Source: a bacterium
GTDB taxonomy: Bacteria > Hydrothermota > Tepidihabitantia > Tepidihabitantales > Tepidihabitantaceae
DNA: 64,000 nucleotides
Direction of reading: 5' to 3'
Assembly (NCBI GenBank): GCA_039793395.1
Contig: JBAMLV010000018.1
Span: forward strand, 208,038 to 272,037
This document shows, one piece after another, positions 12,430 to 21,621 of this stretch (position 1 is its first letter; each line of letters begins with the position of its first letter). A model generated the notes under the pieces. That model worked only from the letters and a program-made list of their open reading frames with translations, had not been told where the DNA came from and did not search any database. The position numbers and the translations under genes were made by a program.

Positions 12430-13119
12430 TCAGATACTGCGGGTCATCCGTTCAATGTCTTCATCCTTACCCACCACAACCAGAATGTCATCCTGTTCAA
12501 TGATATCTTCTGGTCCGGGCAGATCGTTGATCTGTTCCTGAAAACCGGTTTCGCCTTCAGGGGTGATTACCGGCACCCTTTTTTTGATGGCGATGACATT
12601 TATTCCGTATCGACGTCGGATGTCCAACTGTCCCAGTTTCTTACCCACGAGGGGCTGGGGTGCACGGATTTCAGCAAGACTGTGATTGGAGGTAAGTGGA
12701 ATTTGCTCAAGCAGGTCCGGGGTTAAAAGTGACTTGGCAAGCTGGTCTGCCATCTGCTCCTCAATCAGAATTGTCCGGTCAGCGCCGACATCCTTCAGAA
12801 TCCGGGCATAAAGCGATGATGCGGCACGGGTAATCACCTGACCAGCACCAAGCCGTTTGAGAAGGGAAGTAACAATAATCGCCGACTCCATCCGTTCACC
12901 CATGGCGACAATTACAGCATCAACATCCAGTACTCCGGATTGCTTCAGGGCATCTTCGTCCGTGGCATCAAGGCAGACTGCCTGAGTTACATCATCTTTT
13001 ATGTCCTCAATGCGTTTCGGGTCAGAATCAATGGCAATCACTTCGGCACCTTTTTCCATTAATGCCCGCGCAACCCGGGCACCGAAAGTGCCAAGACCAA
13101 TGACCGCAAACTGTTTCAT
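12430..13119 (-). CDS. trkA: Trk/Ktr potassium uptake system NAD-binding regulatory subunit
   Basis: 229 aa. Rossmann GxGxxG (VIGLGTFGARVA) in the TrkA-N domain, followed by a TrkA-C domain. Confidence 0.9.
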   Translation of the reverse strand: MKQFAVIGLGTFGARVARALMEKGAEVIAIDSDPKRIEDIKDDVTQAVCLDATDEDALKQSGVLDVDAVIVAMGERMESAIIVTSLLKRLGAGQVITRAASSLYARILKDVGADRTILIEEQMADQLAKSLLTPDLLEQIPLTSNHSLAEIRAPQPLVGKKLGQLDIRRRYGINVIAIKKRVPVITPEGETGFQEQINDLPGPEDIIEQDDILVVVGKDEDIERMTRSI

Positions 13120-13130
13120 CGGTTCCTCCT

Positions 13131-14885
13131 TTATCCGACGATAATCCGGGCTTGAGGGTAAATAATAGCCGAACGTTCCCGCGGGGCGGTCATTGCCAGC
13201 GTCAGGGTCAGCGGTCCGATTCTGCCAACAAACATCAGCCCGATTATCACTAATTTCCCGATGATATTCAAGTTCGGAGTGATGCCGGTGGATAAACCGA
13301 CAGTCCCGAAGGCGGAAGCGACTTCAAACAACAGGGCTTCAAACCGCTGGCTCTGGCTATATAGCAGGATGGCGAAACAGATAGCAAGCATTCCGAGGGC
13401 GAGAGCGATAATTGCGGTCGCCCGATAGACCACATCTTTCGGGATGGAACGGCGGGCGTAGACGATTTCTTCCTCACCCCGGACCCGCGCCCGAATTGCC
13501 AGCAAGAGGACCGCGAGCGTCGAGGTTTTGACACCGCCTCCAGTACCACCGGGAGAGGCGCCGATAAACATAAGAATTACCCAGAGAAAGATGGTGACCG
13601 GGTGGAGGTTAGTGGTGCTGACGGTATTAAATCCGGCGGTGCGGGCGGTTACTGATTGAAATAGACTGGCAAGCAGTTTGGTTCCAAGCGGTAGGGAACT
13701 CAGGGTATTGTCGTATTCCAGAAAGAAAAAAAGCACCGTTCCGGCGGCGATGAGCAGGGTGGTGGTAATAAGAACCAGGCGGGAGTGGATGGTCAAATTT
13801 GACAGTCGTGGCGCCGGGGAATGTTCCCGCCGGCGGATGAGCCAGGTAAGTCGGAAGAGCGTCTGCCGGTTGAAGAGTTCATTAACCACCGGAAATCCGA
13901 GCCCGCCGACGACAATTAAGCTGATGATGCACAGATTGGTGACCAAGTCCGACTGAAAGCGGATGAGGGAATCGCTGAAAAGTGAAAATCCGGCGTTACA
14001 AAATGCGGAGATCGAGTGAAAGACCGCAAAATAAAGAGCCTGTCTCGGGCCCGGAAGGACAAACAACCAGCGCAGGAAAAGAATGACTGTACCGATACAT
14101 TCAGCGAGAATGGTAAAAAGGAAGACATAGCGGACCATGCGGGCAATATCAATTTCCCGGGTTTCCTCAATGATTTGCTGGATAGTGCGCCGCTCGTTCA
14201 AAGCGAGGCGCTGGCCAAGCAGGACCACCAGACTGGCATAGAAGGTCATTATTCCCAGTCCGCCGAGTTGAATCAGCATCAGAATTACAATCTGACCGAA
14301 CGGTGCGAAGTAGGTCGGCGTATCCTTAACAATTAATCCGGTAACGCAAGTTGCCGAGGTTGCCGTAAACAGGGCCGTGAGCAGGTTAGCACCCCGGCCG
14401 TCATTAGTTGCGGCAGGAAATGTAAGCAGCAGGGTGCCGAGAGCAATCAACACGGCAAAACTGAGGGCAAGCATCCGCATCGGACGCTGGCGGATATTGC
14501 CGAAGAAGCCACTGGGGGAAAAACGGGGAAGGTTTACTGCCTGATAAATAAAAACCAGCAGCAAGACAAAGCGCTGGAGGATTAAAGTGGGGATGAGCAG
14601 AGCGGCAATCAGCAGCTCAAATATTCGGCGGAGCCGGGAAAGGTTGAATTGCGGGGTTACGATTTGCTTGCTGATAATTTCGGCAAATGTGGTAATACCG
14701 GCAAGGTTGAGTAGTGCTCTGACTGCCAGTTGAACAAGGTGTGGTAACTGAAGGCGGTAGCCTTCGGTGAGCATCACAAAAATCAGGCAGAAGAATGCCA
14801 GGGTGGTGTTTATCCGGAACAATGGTTTAAGCCACCCGGGCGGCATCCGGGTGGTTTTGATGATCCGAAAACGCTTTAATAGCAT
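13131..14885 (-). CDS. trkH: Trk/Ktr potassium transporter membrane subunit with ~130 aa N-terminal TM extension
   Basis: 584 aa polytopic protein with repeated selectivity-filter-like TGL/GFS/GFN/GGG segments (CVTGL, NAGFS, RTAGFN, GGTGGG). Confidence 0.88.
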   Translation of the reverse strand: MLLKRFRIIKTTRMPPGWLKPLFRINTTLAFFCLIFVMLTEGYRLQLPHLVQLAVRALLNLAGITTFAEIISKQIVTPQFNLSRLRRIFELLIAALLIPTLILQRFVLLLVFIYQAVNLPRFSPSGFFGNIRQRPMRMLALSFAVLIALGTLLLTFPAATNDGRGANLLTALFTATSATCVTGLIVKDTPTYFAPFGQIVILMLIQLGGLGIMTFYASLVVLLGQRLALNERRTIQQIIEETREIDIARMVRYVFLFTILAECIGTVILFLRWLFVLPGPRQALYFAVFHSISAFCNAGFSLFSDSLIRFQSDLVTNLCIISLIVVGGLGFPVVNELFNRQTLFRLTWLIRRREHSPAPRLSNLTIHSRLVLITTTLLIAAGTVLFFFLEYDNTLSSLPLGTKLLASLFQSVTARTAGFNTVSTTNLHPVTIFLWVILMFIGASPGGTGGGVKTSTLAVLLLAIRARVRGEEEIVYARRSIPKDVVYRATAIIALALGMLAICFAILLYSQSQRFEALLFEVASAFGTVGLSTGITPNLNIIGKLVIIGLMFVGRIGPLTLTLAMTAPRERSAIIYPQARIIVG

Positions 14886-14955
14886 CGTGTCCTTTAATTC
14901 AATTCCCGAGTTAAAATAAAAATAATCATTTGCCCATTGGAATTTATGAAGTTAT

Positions 14956-14983
14956 ATAATAGCATAAAATTTTTTATTTTCAA
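14956..14983 (-). promoter_or_regulatory. sigma70-type promoter TTGAAA-N16-TATTAT for the trkH operon
   Basis: Read on the minus strand: -35 at 14983-14978, -10 at 14961-14956. Lies in an AT-rich gap immediately after the MFS stop, about 65 nt upstream of the trkH ATG. Confidence 0.5.
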
Positions 14984-14985
14984 GT

Positions 14986-16146
14986 TTAAATTATGAGTAC
15001 CAGACCGGCAGCAGCCCCGAAGCCGAGGATGCCGCCGAAGATAAACGGTGCCCGCGCACCGAAAAGGTTCCACAATAAACCGGCGAGCAGCGAAGCGGGC
15101 AGCAGGCCGAAACCGGTGATGGCGGCGTGCAGGCCAATGAGTGTTGCCCGCTGGTCCGGGGCGGCGATTTCGGCAACCAGCGCCTTCTCCTGGCCCTCGG
15201 TCAGGGCACTGAACAGACCGTAAACCGGAAAGAGGAGATAAGGGAGAAAAGAGCTCGCCGCGGTTCTGTTCAGCAGTGCAAATCCGAAGTAGACCAAGCT
15301 GTAGATGCAATAGCCGGTGGCAAGCAGATTTTTTTTGCCGAACCGGTCGGCAAGTTTGCCTGCTGGATAGGCTAATAGGGCATAGGTCAGGTTGTAAAGC
15401 AAATAGAGCACCAGGATGTTAAAGGTGGACCAGCCGAGTTTATTCATTCGGAAAAGCAGAAACTGGTTGGAGGAGTTGGCGAGGGAAAAAATGCCAACGA
15501 TGAGCAGAAAGCGACGGAGGTTCGGGCTGAGGTTTTTAAAGCGCAGCCGAGGTGCAGCATTCGGAGGAAGGTTGCGGGTTTCCCGGATAAAGAAAAGGGC
15601 GATAACACCCAGCAATGCCGGGATTAGTGAGATAAGGAATATCCGGTGGTAATCGCCAGGAGTTAAGGTGGTACCCAGTCGGGCAACGATTAAAATGGCA
15701 AGCCCAATGCCGAGGAATGCGCCCAGAGTATCAAGCGCCCGGTGCAGTCCGAACGCCCGGCCGCGAGTGCCAGCGGTTGAGGCATCAGCGATTAACGCAT
15801 CCCGGGGGGCGACCCGGATTCCCTTGCCGATGCGGTCAATCATTCTGCTGGCAAATACCAGCTGCCAGCCGCGAGAAAAATAGAGAAACATTTTACCGAT
15901 GGTTGAACCGGTATAGCCGAGTATCGCCAGTGGTTTGCGCTTACCCAGACGGTCGGAGATGGTGCCGGAAAAAAGTTTCAAGAGGGATGCCGAACTTTCG
16001 GCAAATCCTTCAATCAGACCGAGGATTGCCGGGGATGTGTCGAGCGATGCCAGGTAAGCAGGGATCAGTGGATAGACCATCTCGGTGGAGATGTCGGTTA
16101 GGAGGCTGGTGACACCGGCAATGATGATATTCAGCATCAGTTTCAA
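14986..16146 (-). CDS. MFS transporter
   Basis: 386 aa, about 12 TM segments, MFS loop motif (SDRLGKRKP). Confidence 0.85.
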   Translation of the reverse strand: MKLMLNIIIAGVTSLLTDISTEMVYPLIPAYLASLDTSPAILGLIEGFAESSASLLKLFSGTISDRLGKRKPLAILGYTGSTIGKMFLYFSRGWQLVFASRMIDRIGKGIRVAPRDALIADASTAGTRGRAFGLHRALDTLGAFLGIGLAILIVARLGTTLTPGDYHRIFLISLIPALLGVIALFFIRETRNLPPNAAPRLRFKNLSPNLRRFLLIVGIFSLANSSNQFLLFRMNKLGWSTFNILVLYLLYNLTYALLAYPAGKLADRFGKKNLLATGYCIYSLVYFGFALLNRTAASSFLPYLLFPVYGLFSALTEGQEKALVAEIAAPDQRATLIGLHAAITGFGLLPASLLAGLLWNLFGARAPFIFGGILGFGAAAGLVLII

Positions 16147-16192
16147 ATTATAGCAAACAGTATCGGGGATGGCAAACGGTTCGGTTAACTGA

Positions 16193-16220
16193 TTGACTTA
16201 GCGCTGAAATGGGATAATAT
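16193..16220 (+). promoter_or_regulatory. sigma70-type promoter TTGACT-N16-TAATAT for the MBL hydrolase gene
   Basis: -35 at 16193-16198, -10 at 16215-16220. The ATG at 16235 follows 14 nt after the -10 with no SD, so the leader is very short. Confidence 0.55.
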
Positions 16221-16234
16221 AATGGTTTAATAAA

Positions 16235-17071
16235 ATGAATATTGGCGATTTTACCCTCTGGCCGCTTTTTGACGGGTATTTCGGTCTTGATGGCGGGGCG
16301 ATGTTCGGGGTCGTGCCCAAACCTTTATGGGAGAAGACCAATCCGCCGGATGAGCGCAATCGGATTAAACTGGCACTGCGGCCGCTTTTGGTGATTACCC
16401 CAACAGAGCGGATATTGATTGATACCGGCATCGGTGATAAATACGAGCAAAAGTTTGCAGACCGGTACCGGATAGAAAGGCCGGATAATTTGCTTAACTC
16501 TTTGAAAAACAAATCCTTAAACGAGCAAGACATCGGTATTGTGATATTGACTCACCTCCATTTTGATCATTGCGGCGGTTCAACCAAGTATGAAGCCGGG
16601 AGGGTGGTGCCCACCTTTCCCAATGCCCGGTATATTGTTCAGGAGGCGGAATGGAATGAGGCGGTTAATCCGAACCGGCGCTCCCGGGCTTCGTATTTAC
16701 CGGAGAATTTTCTGCCGTTAAAGGAAGCCGGTCAACTGGAACTGGTAAATGGCTCGCTGGAAATCCTGCCCGGAATTGAGCTGATTCATACCGGCGGACA
16801 TACCGGCGGAATGCAGGTGGTAAAAATCAGCAGTCACGGTCAGACCGCGTTCTTCTGGTCGGATATGATTCCCACCCGGAGCCATATTCCGGTGCCCTAC
16901 ATTATGGGGTATGACCTTTATCCGCTTGACTCCATGGCGCAGAAGGAGAAACTGCTGGCGCGGGCGGTTGCCGAGGGGTGGATTTCCTTTCTGGAACATG
17001 ACCCGGAGGTAACCGCGGGCAGAATATTTTATGAAGATGATAAATACCGGTTTGAAGCAATTGAGATTTAG
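16235..17071 (+). CDS. MBL-fold metallo-hydrolase
   Basis: 278 aa with the HxHxDH motif (THLHFDHCGG) and a downstream His ligand (HTGGHTGG). Confidence 0.85.
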   Translation: MNIGDFTLWPLFDGYFGLDGGAMFGVVPKPLWEKTNPPDERNRIKLALRPLLVITPTERILIDTGIGDKYEQKFADRYRIERPDNLLNSLKNKSLNEQDIGIVILTHLHFDHCGGSTKYEAGRVVPTFPNARYIVQEAEWNEAVNPNRRSRASYLPENFLPLKEAGQLELVNGSLEILPGIELIHTGGHTGGMQVVKISSHGQTAFFWSDMIPTRSHIPVPYIMGYDLYPLDSMAQKEKLLARAVAEGWISFLEHDPEVTAGRIFYEDDKYRFEAIEI

Positions 17072-17080
17072 GGAGGATTT

Positions 17081-18937
17081 ATGAGTAAAACCGACTGGCG
17101 TTCAAAATACGGGGCGAAATTGAAAAGTGCAGCTCAGGCGCTGGAGGTGCTCCAGCCCGGGGATCGGATTTTCATCGGCTCGGCGTGTGGCACACCTCAG
17201 AAACTGGTGAAGGCGCTTGCCGACCGGCCGGTGGAGGATGTGGAGGTGACCCATTTGCTAACCCTGGGGGTAGCGCCGTATGCCGAAGAGGCGTTGGCGG
17301 GCCGGTATCGGGCAAACTCATTTTTCATCAGTGCCAATGTGCGGGAAGCGGTTCAGGAGGGCAGAGCCGATTACACGCCAATTTTTCTTTCGGAAATTCC
17401 CCGGTTGTTGCGCTCCGGCAGACTGCCGATTGATGTTGCCCTGATTCAGGTGACACCTCCGGACGAGCACGGTTTCTGCAGTCTCGGGGTGTCGGTTGAC
17501 ATTACCAAGCCGGCGGCGGAGGTGGCGAAGCATGTGATTGCCGAGGTCAATCCGCGGATGCCGAGAACTCTGGGCGATAGTTTCATCCATATTTCCCAGA
17601 TTGAGACGCTGGTCGAGAACGATGCCCCGATTTATGAGTTTATTACGCCCGGAGAAAGCGAGGTTGCCCGGCGGATTGCCAAGAATGTTGCCGACCTGAT
17701 TCCGGATGGCGCAACCATTCAGGTGGGTTACGGCGGTATACCGAATGCCCTGCTTTTCTATCTGAAAGAGAAGAAGGACCTGGGGGTCCACACCGAGGTT
17801 TTTTCCGACGGGATTATTGACCTGATTGAGGCCGGGGTGATTAACAACCGGAAGAAGACGCTGCATCCGGGCAAGGTGGTGGCATCATTCTGCATGGGTT
17901 CGCACCGGCTTTATGAATACATTCACAATAACCCGATGTTTGAATTTCACCCGGTTGATTACACCAATGACCCCTTTATTATCGCCCAGAATGAGAAGAT
18001 GGTTTCCATCAACTCCGCGCTGGAAATTGACCTCACCGGTCAGGTGTGTGCCGATTCTATCGGCTACAAATTCTATTCCGGCATCGGCGGTCAGCTGGAC
18101 TTTGTGCGGGGTGCAGCCCGGGCAAGGGATGGTAAGCCGATAATCGTTCTGAAGTCCACCCGGGATAATGACCGGTTTTCCCGGATTGTGCCGGTGCTTT
18201 CCGAAGGGGCGGGGGTGGTTACCTCCCGGGGCGATGTTCATTATGTGGTTACCGAATGGGGAGTGGCATATCTGCATGGCCGGTCAATCCGGGAGCGGGC
18301 ACTGGCGCTGATCTCCATCGCCCATCCGAAATTCCGTGCCGAACTGCTGCGTCAGGCAAAGGAGCGGCATTATGTGTATCAGGACCAGCCTGAGGTTGCA
18401 CTGGTCTCAGCCCGCTATCCGGAGGAGTTTGAAACCAAGGTCCGGTTGCCGAACGGCAATACTATCCTGATTCGGCCGATCAAGCCCACCGATGAACCGG
18501 CGATGCGGGAACTTTTTTATTCATTTTCCCGGGACACGGTCTTCTACCGGTATTTCAGTTATATCAAGGCGATGCCACATGAAAAACTGAGCAAGTTTGT
18601 GAACATTGACTACGAAAAGGAGATGGCGCTGGTGGCGGTGGTCAGAAGGAATGGTGACGAACAGATTGTGGGCTCCACCCGCTACTATGTTGACCCGGCA
18701 ACCGGTCTGGCAGAGTTTGCGATTGAAGTCCAGGACGAATATCAGAACCAGGGGATTGGCACGGCGCTTTTTAACCATCTGATTCGGGTGGCGCGGATGA
18801 AGGGGGTTAAGGGATTTGTTGGTTATGTGCTGGATTCCAACACCCGTGCCTACCGTCTGGTGACCAAGTCCGGTTTTCCGCTGGAGACCAAGTGGGAAGA
18901 CGGGGTTTATATTCTGACGCTGAGGTTTGATAAATGA
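17081..18937 (+). CDS. acetyl-CoA hydrolase/CoA-transferase family domain fused to a C-terminal Pat-type GNAT acetyltransferase
   Basis: 618 aa. The N-terminal ~430 aa look like the 4-hydroxybutyrate/acetyl-CoA transferase family. The C-terminal ~160 aa are a GNAT (ILIRPIKPTDEPAMRELFYSFSRDTVFYRYF ... QNQGIGTALFNHLIRVAR). Confidence 0.82.
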   Translation: MSKTDWRSKYGAKLKSAAQALEVLQPGDRIFIGSACGTPQKLVKALADRPVEDVEVTHLLTLGVAPYAEEALAGRYRANSFFISANVREAVQEGRADYTPIFLSEIPRLLRSGRLPIDVALIQVTPPDEHGFCSLGVSVDITKPAAEVAKHVIAEVNPRMPRTLGDSFIHISQIETLVENDAPIYEFITPGESEVARRIAKNVADLIPDGATIQVGYGGIPNALLFYLKEKKDLGVHTEVFSDGIIDLIEAGVINNRKKTLHPGKVVASFCMGSHRLYEYIHNNPMFEFHPVDYTNDPFIIAQNEKMVSINSALEIDLTGQVCADSIGYKFYSGIGGQLDFVRGAARARDGKPIIVLKSTRDNDRFSRIVPVLSEGAGVVTSRGDVHYVVTEWGVAYLHGRSIRERALALISIAHPKFRAELLRQAKERHYVYQDQPEVALVSARYPEEFETKVRLPNGNTILIRPIKPTDEPAMRELFYSFSRDTVFYRYFSYIKAMPHEKLSKFVNIDYEKEMALVAVVRRNGDEQIVGSTRYYVDPATGLAEFAIEVQDEYQNQGIGTALFNHLIRVARMKGVKGFVGYVLDSNTRAYRLVTKSGFPLETKWEDGVYILTLRFDK

Positions 18938-21060
18938 GCGCAAATAATCTTGATTTTATCTTCAAGCCCCGCTCGGTGGCGGTGATTGGTGCCTCCAGCC
19001 GGGAAGGTTCGGTCGGCCGGGCGCTCTTTGCCAACATCCTGTTCAACGGTTATACCGGAATTGTTTATCCGGTGAATCCCAAAGCCAAAAGTGTGCTCGG
19101 GGTCAAAGCCTATCCTTCAATTCTGGACATTGAGGATGAGATTGACCTGGCGATTTTGATTGTGCCGGCGGTAACCGTGCCGGCGGTAATTGCCGAGTGC
19201 GGGCAGAAAAAGGTCAAGGGCGCAATAGTGATTTCAGCCGGGTTCAAGGAACTCGGACCGAGTGGCGCCGCACTGGAGCAGGCGGTCCGGGAACGCGCCC
19301 GGACCTGGGGAATCAGGCTGGTCGGACCGAACTGTTTCGGGATGATCAACACCAGTCCCGAGGTCCGGCTGAATACCACCTTTGGCCGGGTCAGACCCCG
19401 TTATGGTAATATTGCTTTGATATCCCAGTCCGGTGCGGTCGGTGCCAATGCCCTGGAGTATGCGGAGGTGGAAGAGGTCGGGCTGTGCAAGTTCATTTCT
19501 ATCGGCAACAAGGCGGATATTAATGAGTGCGACCTGCTGGAGTATCTTAAGGATGACCCTGAGACCGAGGTAATTGCTCTTTATCTTGAGGACCTGGTGA
19601 ATCCGCCGGAGTTCATGCGCATTGCCCGGGAGATTACATCGCATCCGGTGCGGCCGAAGCCAATTCTGGCAATTAAAGCCGGACGGACGACTGAAGGGGC
19701 AAAGGCGGCTTCATCCCATACCGGTGCGCTTGCCGGTTCGGATGAGGCATACAACGCCTTTTTTGCTCAGGCACGGGTGTTGAGGGTGGACACGGTCAAT
19801 GAGTTAATTGCCAAGGCGGCTTCACTTGCCTATCAGCCAGCACCCCGTGGTCCGCGGGTGGCGATTATCACCAATGCCGGCGGTATCGGCATAATGGCGA
19901 CCGATGCCTGTATCCGCAACGGGCTGAAAATGGCAAAACTGAGCGACAAAACCCGGGAGGCACTGAAGCAGGTGCTGCCGGCAGCCGCGGCAACCAGTAA
20001 TCCGGTGGATATCATCGGCGACGGTGATGCCAATCGTTACCGGGCGGCATTCCGGATTCTGATTCAGGATGAGAATGTGGATGGAATAATACCGATCTGG
20101 ACACCAACGGTTGTTGCCGAGGCGATTGATATCGCCAATGTGATTGTTGAGGAAAGTGAGCGCACCGACAAGCCGATTCTTGCCTGCATTCAGACGATGG
20201 GTGACAGCACTGCCATCCGCCGGACCCTGCTCAAACGCCGGATTCCCCATTTTCAGTTTCCGGAAAATGCGGCCCGGGCAATGGCAACCATGGCTGAATT
20301 CTCGCGGATGAGCCGCCGGCCCGCGGGTGAGGTGGTTCATTATCCGGATGTGGATAGGCAGCGGGTACAGGAGTTGATTGCGCAGGCACGGAAGCGGACC
20401 CGGCATTATCTCTGCGAGCCGGAGTGTTATGAAATTCTCAAGGCTTATGGTCTACCGGTGGTGAAGTTTCAACTGGTGAAAAGTGAGGCGGAGGCGGTCC
20501 GGGCAGCAGAACAGATTGGTTATCCGGTGGTGATAAAAATTGTTTCGCCGGATATTCTGCACAAGACCGATGTCGGCGGGGTGCGGATTAATCTCAAAAA
20601 TGAAGCCGAACTGCGCAGCGGTTATCAGGCGGTCTTAAAGCAGGTGAAGGCGCACAAGCCGGATGCGGACATCTGGGGCGTGATGGTTCAGCAGCTGGCG
20701 AAGTCCGGCGGTCTGGAAACGATTCTGGGAATGAAACGGGACCCGCATTTCGGGCCGCTCTTGATGTTCGGGCTGGGTGGAATTATGGTGGAGGTGCTCA
20801 AGGATGTGATGTTCCGGGTGGCGCCAGTTAACGACCTGTCCGCGGAATCAATGATTACCGGCATCAGGGCTTATAAACTGCTGGAGTCGTTCCGCGGTCA
20901 ACCACCACGGGATAAAAAGACAATCAAAGAATGCATTCTTCGGTTGTCCCAGTTGGTGACCGATTTTCCGGATTTTGACGAGATTGATATCAATCCGCTG
21001 CTCGTTTATTACGAGGGTGAGGGGGCGGTGGCAATTGACGCCCGGATTTTACTGCGTTAG
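18934..21060 (+). CDS. ADP-forming acyl-CoA synthetase (fused alpha/beta, ACD type)
   Basis: 708 aa. CoA-binding N-terminus (PRSVAVIGASSREGSVG), phosphohistidine loop (SSHTGALAGS) and C-terminal ATP-grasp. ATGA overlap with the upstream gene. Confidence 0.88.
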   Translation: MSANNLDFIFKPRSVAVIGASSREGSVGRALFANILFNGYTGIVYPVNPKAKSVLGVKAYPSILDIEDEIDLAILIVPAVTVPAVIAECGQKKVKGAIVISAGFKELGPSGAALEQAVRERARTWGIRLVGPNCFGMINTSPEVRLNTTFGRVRPRYGNIALISQSGAVGANALEYAEVEEVGLCKFISIGNKADINECDLLEYLKDDPETEVIALYLEDLVNPPEFMRIAREITSHPVRPKPILAIKAGRTTEGAKAASSHTGALAGSDEAYNAFFAQARVLRVDTVNELIAKAASLAYQPAPRGPRVAIITNAGGIGIMATDACIRNGLKMAKLSDKTREALKQVLPAAAATSNPVDIIGDGDANRYRAAFRILIQDENVDGIIPIWTPTVVAEAIDIANVIVEESERTDKPILACIQTMGDSTAIRRTLLKRRIPHFQFPENAARAMATMAEFSRMSRRPAGEVVHYPDVDRQRVQELIAQARKRTRHYLCEPECYEILKAYGLPVVKFQLVKSEAEAVRAAEQIGYPVVIKIVSPDILHKTDVGGVRINLKNEAELRSGYQAVLKQVKAHKPDADIWGVMVQQLAKSGGLETILGMKRDPHFGPLLMFGLGGIMVEVLKDVMFRVAPVNDLSAESMITGIRAYKLLESFRGQPPRDKKTIKECILRLSQLVTDFPDFDEIDINPLLVYYEGEGAVAIDARILLR

Positions 21061-21067
21061 CGGTAGA

Positions 21068-21140
21068 TGGAGCTGACCCGATTCGAACGGGCGACCCCCT
21101 GCTTGCAAAGCAGGTGCTCTCCCAGCTGAGCTACAGCCCC
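21068..21140 (-). tRNA. tRNA-Ala (anticodon UGC)
   Basis: Reverse complement is GGGGCTGTAGCTCAGCTGGGAGAGCACCTGCTTTGCAAGCAGGGGGTCGCCCGTTCGAATCGGGTCAGCTCCA. Full cloverleaf, G3:U70 identity pair, TTCGAAT T-loop. CCA is not encoded. Confidence 0.95.
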
Positions 21141-21150
21141 GCGATTAATA

Positions 21151-21178
21151 ATCATAACCTTTCCGGGTTTCAAGTCAA
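21151..21178 (-). promoter_or_regulatory. sigma70-type promoter TTGACT-N16-TATGAT for tRNA-Ala
   Basis: Minus strand: -35 at 21178-21173, -10 at 21156-21151, 10 nt upstream of the tRNA 5' end. Confidence 0.6.
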
Positions 21179-21363
21179 TAATTAAATTTTAGGGCTGACA
21201 TGCTGGTAAATTCCGGATTTATACTTTAATTACTTAAAACGGTTTAAGTTTCTTATCTGCGTCAGTTAGTAAATTGGGCATGAATTTTTGTTCTACCTAC
21301 CGGGCAGTCCCCCCTACGGTATCGGGGACGGTCGGCGGCCCGGCATTCCGGAAGGTATCACAG

Positions 21364-21543
21364 ATGGTTGGAATAATCGTCCCCACGATGATTGTCGGTT
21401 TAGTTGTTTTTACGGCTGGAATCAGCGTTAGGATTATTCTTCCAGGTGGAGTTTTTCAGTCGGTTTTCAGGATGGTGGTGGTAATCGCCGTTGCCATGGT
21501 TTTGATGATGCCGGTCAGTTGGACGGGGAAAGGGGCAATTTGA
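21364..21543 (+). CDS. possible small two-TM membrane protein (very uncertain)
   Basis: ATG 21364 follows GGAAGG and gives 59 aa (MVGIIVPTMIVGLVVFTAGISVRIILPGG..RMVVVIAVAMVLMMPV..) with two hydrophobic helices. No recognisable family. The region could instead be non-coding RNA. Confidence 0.3.
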   Translation: MVGIIVPTMIVGLVVFTAGISVRIILPGGVFQSVFRMVVVIAVAMVLMMPVSWTGKGAI

Positions 21544-21573
21544 ACTCCGGGGTTGAAAGCGTAAAATTTATCC

Positions 21574-21601
21574 TTGACAGTGGGCGGTTGGGATTTAAAC
21601 T
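21574..21601 (+). promoter_or_regulatory. sigma70-type promoter TTGACA-N16-TAAACT for the lipoprotein gene
   Basis: -35 at 21574-21579, -10 at 21596-21601. An SD (AAGGAGG) and ATG 21622 follow. Confidence 0.5.
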
Positions 21602-21621
21602 CAGTTAAAAGGAGGAATGGT

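Noticed and set aside
21290-21560. Possibility that this region is tmRNA, RNase P RNA, SRP RNA, or a fluoride or guanidine-II riboswitch.
   Set aside because: By eye none of the diagnostic elements is present. There is no tRNA-like GGGG..TTCGA..CCA ends, no GGAAAGUCCGGGC/ACAGNRA for RNase P, and no GGAAG/AGCA symmetric loop for SRP. There are no paired ACGR tetraloop hairpins. The GAUGAUGCC string at ~21496 lacks the rest of the fluoride motif. The region is kept only as unexplained.
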